Positions 33,839 to 44,455 of a stretch of DNA of 64,000 nt are shown one piece after another. A model generated the notes under the pieces. The model ran no database searches. It was not told the origin of the DNA and was given only the letters and a program-made list of their open reading frames with translations. The DNA lies in the NCBI GenBank assembly GCA_963716745.1, contig OY970320.1, positions 1,536,001-1,600,000 on the forward strand, in the 5' to 3' direction. The translations under genes were made by a program, and so were the position numbers. Source of the stretch: an uncultured Gemmatimonadaceae bacterium. GTDB taxonomy: Bacteria > Gemmatimonadota > Gemmatimonadetes > Gemmatimonadales > Gemmatimonadaceae. The stretch's first letter is position 1. Every line of letters starts with the position of its first letter.

Positions 33839-35294
33839 ATGAAGACTCCCAGTCAGCCGATGTGGGCGGTCGCACCCGATGCGCCGATGGATGCGCGCAC
33901 GACGCTCATCCAGCTGTACTGGGCGGCGATCCGATCGGCGGCGCCGGCGCCCGCGTTGCGCGCGGCGCTCGACAAGATCCCGCCGGAGAAGGAGCGCCGC
34001 CGCGTCTGGATCTTCGCGGTGGGCAAGGCCGCGAACCCGATGGCGATCGCCGCGGTGGAATGGCTCAAGGAGCACGGCGCCGAGCCGGCCGGTGGCGTCA
34101 TCGTCGCGCCGCGACAGGTGCCCACGCCGCATGCGAGTCTCGAGATGATCGTCGGTGACCATCCGCAGCCCGGGCTTCGTTCGCTCACGGCCGCGCGCAT
34201 GATCGAGAATGACCGCGGCCAGAGTGCGCCCCGAGGACGACGCGTGGGTGCTGCTCTCCGGCGGCTCCACGAGCCTCATAGCCGCGCCGGACGCGGCGCT
34301 CAAACCAGAAGAGATGGTGCAGCTCTTCGAGTTGCTGCACGGCTCCGGTCTCGACATCGCGACGATGAATCTCATCCGCAAACGCTTCACGCGATGGGGC
34401 GCGGGCCGTCTCGCCGCCGCGCTCAAGGCGCACAAGGTGCGCAATTTCATCATCTCGGATGTCGTGGGCGATGACCTCGCGGCGATCGGCTCCGGTCCGT
34501 GCGTCCCGGACCCGAGCACGGCGAGCCAGGTACGTTCGATCCTCGTGGCATACAAGCTTTGGGACCTCGTGCCGATCACGCTGCGCCGCTACCTGCACGC
34601 GGTCGAACGCGATCCGGGTCTCGAGACGCCGAAGGCCGGCGATCCCGTGTTCGAGAACGTCGAGCGCCGCATCATCGCGAGCAACCGCACCGCACTCGAC
34701 GCGATCGCATCGAAGGCGAAGGAGCTCGGCTACGATCCGCGCATCATGAGCACCACGCTCTCCGGCGACGCGGCTTCCGCCGGCAAGCGCGTGGCCGCGT
34801 CGCTGGCCGGCACCTGCGGGTCCGCGACGCCCACCATCGCCGGCCGCGCCGGCCGTGCGTGCCTCATCTGGGGCGGCGAGACCACGGTGGCCCTTCGCGA
34901 AGGACCGCACGGCGCTGGCGGCCGTTGTCAGGAGCTCGCGCTCTCCGCCGCGCGCGAGCTCGCGCAGGTGAAGAGCGCGCGCGGCTCCACGCTCCTCGCG
35001 TGCGGCACCAATGGCCGCGACGGCGCCACCGACGCCGCCGGCGCGGTGGTGAATCGCGAGACATGGAACGACATCGCGCGCGCCGGACGCGATCCCGAGA
35101 AGGATCTCGCCGGACACGATTCATACCCGTCGCTCGACGCGGCCGGCGCCCTGCTCCGCACCGATCTCACCTCCACGAACGTCATGGATGTCGTGATCGG
35201 CGTCTGCGGCCCGCCCACCGCCGAGATGATGGAGCGGAAGACACCCGGTGCGCTCGCCCGGATCTCGGGTAGCTTTAGGCGGATCACCCAGTAA
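33839..35294 (+). CDS. Glycerate 2-kinase (DUF4147/MOFRL, TtuD-like); frameshift at ~34210
   Basis: VGKAA..M, GDHP.P, LLSGGS, SDVVGDD..IGSGP, GGETTV, GGRCQE, DG.TDAAGA, TNVMD. Confidence 0.9.
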
Positions 35295-35345
35295 TTTCCC
35301 GCCGGCGGCGCGCTCCGCCGCCCTGGTCCTCCGCTGCGAGTTCAC

Positions 35346-36248
35346 GTGCCCTTCTCCGTCGCGCTCATCCAGCAACCCGTGCCCACCGACGCGAAGGCGG
35401 CGGTGGAGCAGTCCATCGCGAAGATCCGCGAGGCCGCCGCGCTCGGCGCGAACATCGTGTGCCTGCAGGAACTGTTCAACGCGCCGTACTTCTGCAAAGT
35501 GACGGACGCCGAGCGGTTCGATCTCGCCGAGCCGATCCCCGGGCCCACGGTCGAGCGCATGCAGGCGCTCGCCAAGGAACTCGGCATTGTGCTCATCGTG
35601 CCGATCTTCGAGCGGCGCGGCGCCGGCGTCTACCACAATTCCGCCGCGATCGTCGACGCGGACGGCGCACTGCTCGGCGTCTACCGCAAGATGCACATCC
35701 CCGACGATCCGCTCTATCACGAGAAGTACTACTTCACGCCGGGCGAGATCTACCAGCACGACGAGAGCCGCCCGGCCGCCGGCTTCCGCGTCTTCAAGAC
35801 GAAGTTCGCCACCATCGGCGTGCTCATCTGCTGGGACCAGTGGTATCCCGAGGCGGCGCGCATCACCGCGCTCATGGGCGCGCAGGTGCTGTTCTATCCG
35901 ACCGCGATCGGCTGGCATCCGAAGGAGAAGGCCGAGTGGGGCGCGGCGCAGGCCGATGCGTGGCGCACCGCGCAGCGCGCGCATGCCATCGCGAACGGCG
36001 TGTTCGTCGCCGCGGCGAATCGCGTGGGCTTCGAGGCGGAGCCCGGCACCGACGGCCTGGAATTCTTCGGCCATTCCTTCATCGCCGATCCGTTCGGGCG
36101 TCTCATCGCCGAGGCCGGCACCGATCCCGCGATCGTGCTCGCCTCGATCGACCCGGAGCTGATCGAGTACACGCGGCGCAACTGGCCCTTCTTCCGCGAC
36201 CGGCGGATCGACGCCTACGGACCGATCCTGAACCGGTGGATCGGGTGA
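35346..36248 (+). CDS. aguB: N-carbamoylputrescine amidase (carbon-nitrogen hydrolase)
   Basis: LQELF..PYFC, YRKMHIPDDP, EKYYF.PG, ICWDQWYPE, PTAIGW, WPFFRDRR; adjacent to aguA. Confidence 0.9.
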   Translation: MPFSVALIQQPVPTDAKAAVEQSIAKIREAAALGANIVCLQELFNAPYFCKVTDAERFDLAEPIPGPTVERMQALAKELGIVLIVPIFERRGAGVYHNSAAIVDADGALLGVYRKMHIPDDPLYHEKYYFTPGEIYQHDESRPAAGFRVFKTKFATIGVLICWDQWYPEAARITALMGAQVLFYPTAIGWHPKEKAEWGAAQADAWRTAQRAHAIANGVFVAAANRVGFEAEPGTDGLEFFGHSFIADPFGRLIAEAGTDPAIVLASIDPELIEYTRRNWPFFRDRRIDAYGPILNRWIG

Positions 36249-37289
36249 AGCCGTCGAGCGTTCGCTGGCCCGCGGAGTGGGAGCCGCACACGGCGACGTG
36301 GTTGAGCTGGCCGCACAACAAAGAGGATTGGCCCGGAAAGTTCGCGCCGATCCCGTGGGTGTACGTCGAGATCGTGCGCGCGCTGCACACGCACGAGCGG
36401 GTGGAGATCCTGTGTCACAGCGCCGCGGTGAAGCGCAGCGCCGAGTCGGCGCTCAAGGCGCACGGTGTGGATCTCGCGCGGGTGGGCCGGCACATCGTGC
36501 CGAGCGACCGCGTGTGGACGCGCGACTCCGGCCCGACCGGAGTGCTCGACAGCGGCGGCGCGCTGCAGTGGGCCGGCTGGCGGTTCAACGGCTGGGCGAA
36601 GTACAAGAACTTCAAGGAGGATGTGAAAGTCGGCGCCGCGATCGCGAAGCTGAGCGGCGCGCCGCTCACCGCCGCCGTGCGCGATGACACGGGCAAGCCG
36701 CTCGTGCTCGAGGGCGGCGGCATCGAGACCGATGGTGCGGGCACGATGCTCGTCACCGAGGAGTGGCTGCTGTCCAAGGTGCAGGTGCGGAATCCCGGCA
36801 TGGACCGCGCAGGCGTACGAGCGCGCGTTCGCGCAGTGGCTGGGCATCAAGCGCACGGTCTGGCTGGGTGAAGGCTGCGTCGGCGACGACACGCACGGGC
36901 ATGTGGACGACATCGCGCGGTTCGCGGACGCGCACACCGTTGCGCTCGCGTACGAGCCCGACCCGCGCGACGAGAATCATGCGCGGAGCAAGGACAACGC
37001 ACGGAGGCTCGAACTCGCGGGGGGACTGCGCGTCGTGAAGCTGCCGTACCCGCGCGCGGTGGTCATGGATGGCCAGCGGCTGCCGGCGAGCTACGCGAAC
37101 TTCTACATCGCGAACGGAGTGGTGCTGGTGCCCACGTTCAACGATCCCAACGACCGCGCCGCGCTGAATATTCTCGCGCAACTATTCCCGGGGCGAGAGG
37201 TAGTCGGGATCCACGCGGGGGATTTAGTGTGGGGACTGGGGACGATCCACTGCCTGACCCAGCAGCAGCCGGCGGCTAAGCGCCGCTAA
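36245..37289 (+). CDS. aguA: Agmatine deiminase; frameshift at ~36810
   Basis: PAEWEPH, WTRDSGP, LEGGGIE.DG, DDTHGHVDD, ASYANFY, GTIHCLTQQQP. Confidence 0.92.
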
Positions 37290-37291
37290 CG

Positions 37292-37432
37292 GCGTGAGTC
37301 GCACCGCAACGGGCGGGACTGGTACCGCTTGGTGCGGGATTAGCGTTGGGGATTGGATAGTGCGGGTCTCCATTCCAACGCCAATCCCGCCGCTCGCGGT
37401 ACCAGTCCCGCCGTCAGCGGTGCCAATCACGC
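37292..37432. repeat. Family B long hairpin element, copy 2 (between convergent aguA and SPFH genes)
   Basis: Arms 37301-37349 / 37375-37423 share GGCGGGACTGGTACCGCT and CCAACGCCAATCCCGCCG with copy 1. Confidence 0.88.
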
Positions 37433-38332
37433 TCCTATGGCTTCCCCGCCATTGGCAGTTGAATGAGCGGCATCGCCCCTCCCGATACCTGCGGCATTCT
37501 GACCGTTCCACTTCATCGCCAGTTCGTACTGCACCAGCGTCGGCGTGATGCTCTCGGCGAGCAGCCGGTTCGCGCGCGCCTGCGCTTCGGCTTCGGCGAT
37601 GATCGCCTTCGCGCGGCCCATCGCCTTGATCGAGTCGCCCTGCGCCTGGAACTTGTTCTTCTGCAGCTCGTTCTCGGCGGTGAGCGCCTGCTGCTGCATC
37701 ACGTTCTTCTGGTTGATCGCCTCGATCACCGCCGGCGGGGCGCGGAGCTCGTTGATCGTGAACTGCTCCACGAGAATGCCGTAATCCTGCAGGCGCTTCT
37801 CGAGCAGCGCGAACACGCGCGACGTCGCCTCGGCCTTCTTGGGGCCGATCACATCCGCAATGGGTTCGTTGCCCACGACTTCCTGCAGCGCCTGGCGCAC
37901 CGCCTGCTTCACGTAGCTGTGCTCGATCGCCACCACGTCCGTCCGGAACGTCGTGTACAGGAACGGCACCTTCAGCGGATCGAGCTTGAACGACATGGAG
38001 ATGTCGAGCGAGAGCGGTTGGCCCTCCACGCTGTTCACGTTGATCTCTTCGTTGTACCGCTCCCCTTCATTCGACGTCCGCGTCAGCACCAGCGTCTGCA
38101 TGAAGGTGGGGTACTCCATGATCCCCGTCGTCAGCGGATTGCGCAGGTGCAGCCCCGGATTCAGCGCCACCGGGTTCACCCCGCCGGCGGTGCGGTTGAT
38201 CACGATGCCGACGTGCCCCGGACTGATGTACACGACCATCGTCTTCAGCAGCATGAAGAGCGCGAGCACGCCCACGCCGATCGCCACCATCCTGAAGCGC
38301 CCCGCCCCGTACGCGCTGTGTTCCGATTCCAT
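37427..38332 (-). CDS. SPFH/prohibitin (band 7) protein; probable indel near the C-terminus
   Basis: N-terminal TM, PGHVG, PGLH, coiled-coil A.GRAKAI..EAEAQARAN, KWNG; the alternative frame continues MPQVSGG. Confidence 0.88.
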   Translation of the reverse strand: MESEHSAYGAGRFRMVAIGVGVLALFMLLKTMVVYISPGHVGIVINRTAGGVNPVALNPGLHLRNPLTTGIMEYPTFMQTLVLTRTSNEGERYNEEINVNSVEGQPLSLDISMSFKLDPLKVPFLYTTFRTDVVAIEHSYVKQAVRQALQEVVGNEPIADVIGPKKAEATSRVFALLEKRLQDYGILVEQFTINELRAPPAVIEAINQKNVMQQQALTAENELQKNKFQAQGDSIKAMGRAKAIIAEAEAQARANRLLAESITPTLVQYELAMKWNGQNAAGIGRGDAAHSTANGGEAIGA

Positions 38333-38356
38333 GGATCCCGTCCTCCGGTTCGTTCG

Positions 38357-38620
38357 CTATCCGAGTGTGTCCCGCACCGCTTCCCTGAAGCAGTCGGGAC
38401 AGATGCGTTCGCCGCTTGCGAGGCGGACGAGCTCGTGTTCTTCGTGCCGGCCGTGAATGGCGCAAACCGTCGCAGCTTCGCGTTCGATCCGCTTCCGGTT
38501 CTCCCGCTGCTGCAAACTGAGACCGAGGGGCGTGTACTTCTTGAGGCCGATGAAAAAGAGGCCGGCGATCGCCGCGATCGCCGCGACGAACATTCCGACC
38601 TCTGCAAGAATTGCCAACAT
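38357..38620 (-). CDS. Small membrane protein with CxxH...CxxC putative metal site
   Basis: N-terminal TM; CAIHG and CPDC; upstream of the SPFH gene. Confidence 0.7.
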   Translation of the reverse strand: MLAILAEVGMFVAAIAAIAGLFFIGLKKYTPLGLSLQQRENRKRIEREAATVCAIHGRHEEHELVRLASGERICPDCFREAVRDTLG

Positions 38621-38719
38621 GATGACTAAACATAACGCTTTTCACGCCCGGCCGTTCTGACATGCCGGAAGTCTATGCGGATCAACGCGTTAGAATGTTG
38701 ATTCGCGCAAAGATTAGGA

Positions 38720-38748
38720 TTGACCAGGCCCGGCCCCCGGCCTATTTT
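38720..38748 (+). promoter_or_regulatory. Putative sigma70 promoter for the NlpC/P60 gene
   Basis: TTGACC-17 nt-TATTTT, ending 11 nt before the ATG at 38760. Confidence 0.5.
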
Positions 38749-38759
38749 CTAATCAACTC

Positions 38760-39347
38760 ATGGGCACCTACCGGGCACGTCCCTTCGCGCTGGCCTGCGC
38801 TTGCGTCACTCTCGCTGTCGCGATGGTGCCCGCGGTAGCGCGTGCGCAGAAGGAGAGCGAGGAGACCTCTGCCTTCGTTTCGGCCGCCCCGGTCCCTGCC
38901 ACGTCCGCGCTGCGCGACTCGCTCATCGCTCGCACCCGCGCTCTGCTCGGCAAGAAGTACCGCCGCGGCGGCGAGACGCCGAAGCGCGGCTTCGATTGTT
39001 CGGGGCTAGTGGCCTACGTACTCACGGGTCTTAATCTGAACGTGCCGAGAACCGCCGCCGCGCAGGCGACGGTGGGCACCGAGATCGTAAAGGACACCGC
39101 ACAGCTCCTTCCCGGTGATCTCCTCACGTTCGGGAAAGGCAAGAAAGTGACGCATATCGGGATCTACATCGGCGCCGGCCGGTTCATTCAGGCCAGCTCG
39201 AAAGCGCGTAAGGTGATCGAGACGAACCTGCTGCGCGCGCCGGCGCCCGGGATTCGCCCGTGGCTCGGTGTGCGGCGGATCGTACCGGGCGATGAGAGCG
39301 CACTATCGCTCGTTCTTCCGTCGTCGACGACCACGTCGAGCGAGTAA
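38760..39347 (+). CDS. NlpC/P60 (C40) cell-wall peptidase
   Basis: Signal peptide; Y..GG, FDCSGL, PRTA, PGDLL.F, HIGIY.G. Confidence 0.92.
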   Translation: MGTYRARPFALACACVTLAVAMVPAVARAQKESEETSAFVSAAPVPATSALRDSLIARTRALLGKKYRRGGETPKRGFDCSGLVAYVLTGLNLNVPRTAAAQATVGTEIVKDTAQLLPGDLLTFGKGKKVTHIGIYIGAGRFIQASSKARKVIETNLLRAPAPGIRPWLGVRRIVPGDESALSLVLPSSTTTSSE

Positions 39348-39348
39348 G

Positions 39349-40428
39349 CTAGGGGACCCAGATCCCTTCGATGCGAAGTTTCAGCGTCGAGTCCCGAAAA
39401 TCGAGATGGCTCAGCGAGTCCATGAGTACGAGCGTTCTTCCGGAGATATCCGGGGAAACGATTCCCTGCTCTCGCTGGCGAGTCGGGCGTAGCGTCGCTC
39501 CCAGCACGGCCTTCTTCGAAACATCCGCGCACACGATCATCCCCCGGTCATTCGGCGCGTGCATCGAGAACGGGCCGGCGTTCACCAGATTCCCCAGCGA
39601 ATAGAACACCAGCGCTCCGGCGCCCATGCGCTGCATTCCGCGCACGACGTGCGGACCATGCCCGATCACCAGCAGCGCGCCGCTCTCCACCGCGGCTCGC
39701 GCGAACGCCACCGGATCGCCGCGCTCCTCCCCCACGAACTTCTCGTTCGCGTCGAGCGTGCGCTGCGCCGTCGGACCCTCGGCGCCCAAATGCATCGTCA
39801 CCACCACGCGCGGCGTGATGTCCGCCGCGCGTGCCACCAGCCGGCGCACGAGATCGAGGTCGCGCACATCCATCGGCGGCGACGCGGCGAAACCGAGGAT
39901 CGCCACGGTGTCGCCCTGCGGCGTCACGACGATCGTGGGTGCGCTGTCGGCGCCGGTCACGCGCACCCCCGCCGAATCCAGCCGCCGCAGCGTCTCGGCG
40001 AACCCGTCGTCGCCGGCGTCGTGCGCATGATTGTTCGCGACGTTCGCCACCACGGTTGCTCTCGCATTCACGCCGCGCAGCGCCTGCGCCGCCGCCGCGG
40101 GCATGCGGAGACCGAAACAGTTCTTCTCGCCCGGCGCGCATTTCGTGGCGGGGCCGTCGCCGATGGCACCCTCCGCATTGAGCAGCACCACGTCGGCGTC
40201 GGCGAAGAGTGGCACGAGCGGCGCAATGAGTATTTCTGGAGCCGGCCACACATGCGGCGGGATGCGCTTCCCCTTCTTGATCATGGTGTCGCCGTTGACG
40301 CCGAGCGTCACATCGCCGCCGGCGCAGATGCGCATGACGGTCGACGAGTCCTGCCATCCCTGCTGCGTGCGCGCGCCCGCCGCGAGAACGCAGATCGCGA
40401 GCGCCGCGATCGCGGGCGCGCGACTCAC
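39349..40428 (-). CDS. CapA/PGA_cap metallophosphoesterase family protein
   Basis: GGDV, N.EG, ANNHAHD.G, MHLG.E, IGHGPHV, YSLGN. Confidence 0.9.
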   Translation of the reverse strand: MSRAPAIAALAICVLAAGARTQQGWQDSSTVMRICAGGDVTLGVNGDTMIKKGKRIPPHVWPAPEILIAPLVPLFADADVVLLNAEGAIGDGPATKCAPGEKNCFGLRMPAAAAQALRGVNARATVVANVANNHAHDAGDDGFAETLRRLDSAGVRVTGADSAPTIVVTPQGDTVAILGFAASPPMDVRDLDLVRRLVARAADITPRVVVTMHLGAEGPTAQRTLDANEKFVGEERGDPVAFARAAVESGALLVIGHGPHVVRGMQRMGAGALVFYSLGNLVNAGPFSMHAPNDRGMIVCADVSKKAVLGATLRPTRQREQGIVSPDISGRTLVLMDSLSHLDFRDSTLKLRIEGIWVP

Positions 40429-41087
40429 GAAGCGCCGCCTTCCGCCGCGGGGCGGGGCTCTTCGAGCGCACGGCGCGCCATCGCGCCGGCCGGCGTGTCC
40501 GCGAATCGCTCGGCGAACCGGCGGAGTTCCGTGCGCGCCCGGCCCTCATCGTTCAACGCACCACGATACAGATCGATGAGCGCATTCGTCGCGCCGAACT
40601 CGTGCTGGCGGGTCGCGCCGGGGAGCTGCCTGATCTCACGGTACAATTCGGCGGCGCGCTCCGGTCTCTTGCCGCGCCCGGCAAACAGCGCCGCGGCGGC
40701 AAAGCGCACCGCCGCGTCGTCCGGCGATTCCCGGATCAACGCCTCGAAGCTCAGCACGGCGCCCTCGACGTCGCCGCGCATCTCGAGCGCGTGCTGGTAC
40801 GAGAACACGCGCTCGTACGGAGTGGTGGAGCCGGTGGGCATGTAGAGCATGCTCGTTACCGTCGCCGAGCGGCGCAGCATCGTGATGATGAACAGGGAGG
40901 CCCCCGCGCCGGTCGCCGCGCCGCCGGGCAGCGCCGCCAGGAAGAGCGGCACGAGGCCGATCCCCCATAGGTGATAGCCCTCGTACATGAGCAGCGGCAC
41001 CATGAGCACGGCGATCGCCGCGCCCGCCGCGATCGCCCGGCTTTCGTGGATGTCCCGGCCGGTTCGCGGCGGGATGGGCGCGGACAT
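40425..41087 (-). CDS. Membrane protein with C-terminal TPR-like helices
   Basis: Hydrophobic N-terminal segments followed by TPR-like repeats; coupled to the capA-like gene. Confidence 0.7.
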   Translation of the reverse strand: MSAPIPPRTGRDIHESRAIAAGAAIAVLMVPLLMYEGYHLWGIGLVPLFLAALPGGAATGAGASLFIITMLRRSATVTSMLYMPTGSTTPYERVFSYQHALEMRGDVEGAVLSFEALIRESPDDAAVRFAAAALFAGRGKRPERAAELYREIRQLPGATRQHEFGATNALIDLYRGALNDEGRARTELRRFAERFADTPAGAMARRALEEPRPAAEGGAS

Positions 41088-41094
41088 CACGCGA

Positions 41095-41655
41095 TCAGCG
41101 CGGCCAGAGCCAGCCGAACGCGCCGGCGGTGAGGCAGCCGTAGATGAGCGCATCGAACGTGTCCTTCCACGCGACGCTCCATGGGCGGCCCCAGAATATC
41201 GCGTAGATCGCGTGCGCGCCGCCGAACGCCAGGAACGCCACCGTTCCCGCCACGCGGAACACGGCGAGATATGCGGCGCCGGGCGCCATCGTGCGGCCCG
41301 CGAGATAGGCGACCACGATCTCGATCACCACGAGGTACGCGAACCATTGGCCGAGCATCGGTCCCATCCCGCCGCCGGTGTTCGCTCGAATGCTGATGAG
41401 CGCGAGCGGCCCGTCGGCCATCTTCTTCTGGAACTCCGGCGTCTTGCGCCCTTCCATTGTCGCGTGGTACGGGATGGCGTATTGGCCCGGGGCCAGCTTC
41501 TGCTTGCGCAGCGCGTCGGCGACCGCGGGCTCATCGGGCAGTCCCGCCAGATCGCTCTTGTGATATGGAAGCGCCATCCAGATGAGCGAACTCGCGAAGA
41601 ACACGAGCACCGCGGAGAGCACGATCGGCATCCAGAGCTGCATGATGGTGACCAT
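41095..41655 (-). CDS. Hypothetical integral membrane protein
   Basis: GGAGG RBS; about four TM helices (LWMPIVLSAV...FGWLWP). Confidence 0.8.
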   Translation of the reverse strand: MVTIMQLWMPIVLSAVLVFFASSLIWMALPYHKSDLAGLPDEPAVADALRKQKLAPGQYAIPYHATMEGRKTPEFQKKMADGPLALISIRANTGGGMGPMLGQWFAYLVVIEIVVAYLAGRTMAPGAAYLAVFRVAGTVAFLAFGGAHAIYAIFWGRPWSVAWKDTFDALIYGCLTAGAFGWLWPR

Positions 41656-41807
41656 TCCCGCCTCCAATGCGGCAAGGGATGTGTGCGAACGGGGAACTGC
41701 GCCGCGTCCATTCTATGGCGGCCGGGGCGTGCGGGACAGGGCCGGCTTCTGGCGCCGGGTGGGCCATGGGGTATAGTTCGAATAGCGGTTCCATCAGGAC
41801 GGTGCTC

Positions 41808-42980
41808 ATGCGACAGCCACTTCCCCGATCATTCGCCGCCGCGCTCCTCGCGGGCATGCTCGCCCTCGCGCCGGCCGCGGCGGCGCAAGTCGTGCACGGC
41901 GATGTGACGGACGCCTCAACGCACGCGCCGATCCTCGGCGCGATCGTGATCGTGACCGACACGTCGGGCGCGCGCGTAGCCGGCGCGATCACGGACGATT
42001 CGGGCCGATTCTCGCTCCGCCTCGGCGCGGCCGGCAATTACCGTCTGCGCGCCGAACGCATCGGGTACGCCGCGAACAAATTCGATACGATCTCGATCGC
42101 GGCGGGTGCGTCGCTGATCGCGCACCTGAGCGCGACATCCGTCGCGGTGATACTGCCCACGGTGTTCGTGAGCGCCGAGTCGCGCTGCGTGATCCGGCCG
42201 ACGGAAGGCGCCGAGACGGCCATCGTATGGGAGGAGGCGCGGAAGGCGCTGGATGCGACCGAGATCGCGATCGATGGGAAAACTGTGTTCGCGGTGCGAA
42301 AGCGCTATACGCGGGATCTCGACGGCACGAGCCTCAGCATTCGCAAAGAGCAGACGCTCGTCGATTCCGTGATGCTCGAGCATCCGTGGCAAACGGCGGT
42401 GTCGCCGGAAGACCTCGCGCGCCACGGCTACCGCGTGATGTACGCCGGCGCGCCACTGCCCGGATTCCTGCAGCCCGGCGACTCGGTGCTCGCCGTGCCC
42501 GACGCGGATGTGCTGCTCTCCGACGCGTTCGCGCGCACGCATTGTTTCCGGGTGCGGCACGATTCCACCGACGACGAGCATCCCGGGCTCATCGGGCTCA
42601 TGTTCACTCCGGTGATCAAGCGGAGCGCGCCGGATGTGACCGGAACGCTCTGGCTCGACTCGGCCACGGCGCATCTGCGCTATATGGAGTTCCGCCATAC
42701 GAACATGTTCGCCGAGGTATCGCCGCGCCGCTACGGTGGACGCATGGACTTCGAGTTGCTGCCGGGCGGCCTCTGGGTCGTACGCCGCTGGACGGTTCGT
42801 CTTCCCGTGCTCACGACGGCGAGCACGAACGCCGCCGGCATGGGTGACGCGCGGTACTTGACCGGCGGCCGCCACATCGCGTTCTACCATGATGATGGCG
42901 GAGAGTTATTGAGCGCGACGGTCATCAAGTCGCCGGCCGCGGCCGCGCCGATCCCGAAGCCTCCCTCCGCAACGCCGTGA
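41808..42980 (+). CDS. Secreted carboxypeptidase-regulatory-like domain protein
   Basis: Signal peptide (AAAQ); G.V.D...P..GA.V, TD..G.F, G.Y.L...RIGY. Confidence 0.8.
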   Translation: MRQPLPRSFAAALLAGMLALAPAAAAQVVHGDVTDASTHAPILGAIVIVTDTSGARVAGAITDDSGRFSLRLGAAGNYRLRAERIGYAANKFDTISIAAGASLIAHLSATSVAVILPTVFVSAESRCVIRPTEGAETAIVWEEARKALDATEIAIDGKTVFAVRKRYTRDLDGTSLSIRKEQTLVDSVMLEHPWQTAVSPEDLARHGYRVMYAGAPLPGFLQPGDSVLAVPDADVLLSDAFARTHCFRVRHDSTDDEHPGLIGLMFTPVIKRSAPDVTGTLWLDSATAHLRYMEFRHTNMFAEVSPRRYGGRMDFELLPGGLWVVRRWTVRLPVLTTASTNAAGMGDARYLTGGRHIAFYHDDGGELLSATVIKSPAAAAPIPKPPSATP

Positions 42981-42984
42981 TGCG

Positions 42985-43776
42985 GTGACGCCGGTGCTGC
43001 TTTCACCCGGCGCCCCGCTCGTGATCGGCCACCGCGGCGCGGCGGCGCGTGCGCCGGAGAACACGATGATGTCGTTCGAGCTCGCGGCATCGGCGGGCGT
43101 CGACGCGCTCGAGTTCGACGTCCACCTCTCGGCCGACGGGCGCGTCGTGGTGATCCACGATGCCGACCTCGGACGTACCACGGACCGCTCGGGAGCGGTG
43201 GGATCGCTTACGCTCGCCGAGATCCAGAACGCCGATGCCGGCGCGCGGTTCTCGCGCGACGGCCGCAGCTTCCCGCATCGCGGCGGCGGCGTTCGCGTTC
43301 CGGCGATCGAGGAAGTGCTCGCGCGGTTCCCGGCGATGCCGCTGTTGATCGAACTGAAGACGGCCGCCGCGAGCGCGGAGCTCCGTCGCGTACTCGCGGC
43401 GCACCGCGCGGAGGACCGGTGCGTGATCGGCTCGTTCGATCACGCCGCCCTCGCGCTGTTCCGCGAACCGCCGTGGCATGCGTCCGGCTCGCAGTCGGAT
43501 GTGCAGCGTGAGATCGCACATGTCTTGTTCGGCCTGCCGGCCGGAGCGCGCCGCTACGAGGCGCTCTCGATCCCGCCGTCGTGGCGCGGGATCCCGCTGC
43601 CGGTGCGCGCGCTCGCGCGCGATGCGCTCACGCGCGCGATCCCCGTGCATGTGTGGACCGTGGACCGTGCCGAGGATGCGCGGCGTCTCTGGGACGCGGG
43701 CGTGACGGGGATCATCAGCAACGATCCGGCGGCGATCATCGACGCGCGGCGGGAGGCAACCCAACGGCCGAGTTGA
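42985..43776 (+). CDS. Glycerophosphodiester phosphodiesterase
   Basis: GHRGA..APENT, EFDV, VIHD, IELK, WTVD, GIISN. Confidence 0.92.
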   Translation: MTPVLLSPGAPLVIGHRGAAARAPENTMMSFELAASAGVDALEFDVHLSADGRVVVIHDADLGRTTDRSGAVGSLTLAEIQNADAGARFSRDGRSFPHRGGGVRVPAIEEVLARFPAMPLLIELKTAAASAELRRVLAAHRAEDRCVIGSFDHAALALFREPPWHASGSQSDVQREIAHVLFGLPAGARRYEALSIPPSWRGIPLPVRALARDALTRAIPVHVWTVDRAEDARRLWDAGVTGIISNDPAAIIDARREATQRPS

Positions 43777-44449
43777 GCCACCGCACGAGCGGGAGGATGG
43801 CGGCGTATTCGCGCGCCACGCGCGTCGCGAGATCGGGGCGGATCGCCTCGGAATCCGTCATGGATCGCCCGGCGGTGAACGACTGGTACCGCAGCCATCG
43901 CGCGGCGGGGTGCGGCTCGGCGAACCCGCGCGGCAAACGGGTGAGCATGTAGTCGGTGGAGATCCCGCCATAGCGCCGGCGCATCGATGTCGAGTCGGCC
44001 ACGCGCGCGAACCCTTTCGGGTCGGCCACGATCGCGTCGCGCAGTTTCGTCAGCACGTCGCGGCCCGGCCGCCAGAGACCTCCGCCGATCTCGCCGCCGC
44101 CGGGTTCGAGATGGAAATAGAAACCGGCACCGCCGCCATCGTGTCCGACCTTCGCGTCGGAATCGCGATGGAAGAACCAGCAGGCGGCGTGCGTCTTGTA
44201 CGGACGCTTGTCGGAGGAGAAGCGCACGTCGCGATAGATGCGAAAGATCGACCGGCGCGCATCGCCGCAGATCTCGGGGGCGAAGCGCGCCAGTCGATCG
44301 TCCATCTCCTCCACGAACTCGCGCATGGGGCCGAGCACTTCCTGCTCCCATGTGGCGCGATGGGCCTCGAACCACGCTCGCTCATTGTGGCGCTTGAGCG
44401 AGCGGAGATACTTCAGCGCAGCCGGACGAAATCCAGCGAATGCGCCCAA
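43736..44449 (-). CDS. DUF2461 family protein
   Basis: N.R.WF, FRIYRDVRFSSDKRPYK, GFYFHLEP. Confidence 0.88.
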   Translation of the reverse strand: MGAFAGFRPAALKYLRSLKRHNERAWFEAHRATWEQEVLGPMREFVEEMDDRLARFAPEICGDARRSIFRIYRDVRFSSDKRPYKTHAACWFFHRDSDAKVGHDGGGAGFYFHLEPGGGEIGGGLWRPGRDVLTKLRDAIVADPKGFARVADSTSMRRRYGGISTDYMLTRLPRGFAEPHPAARWLRYQSFTAGRSMTDSEAIRPDLATRVAREYAAILPLVRWLNSAVGLPPAARR

Positions 44450-44455
44450 CGGCCG

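Noticed and set aside
39349..40428. Poly-gamma-glutamate capsule locus
   Set aside because: Only a stand-alone CapA-family gene; no capB or capC in the window.
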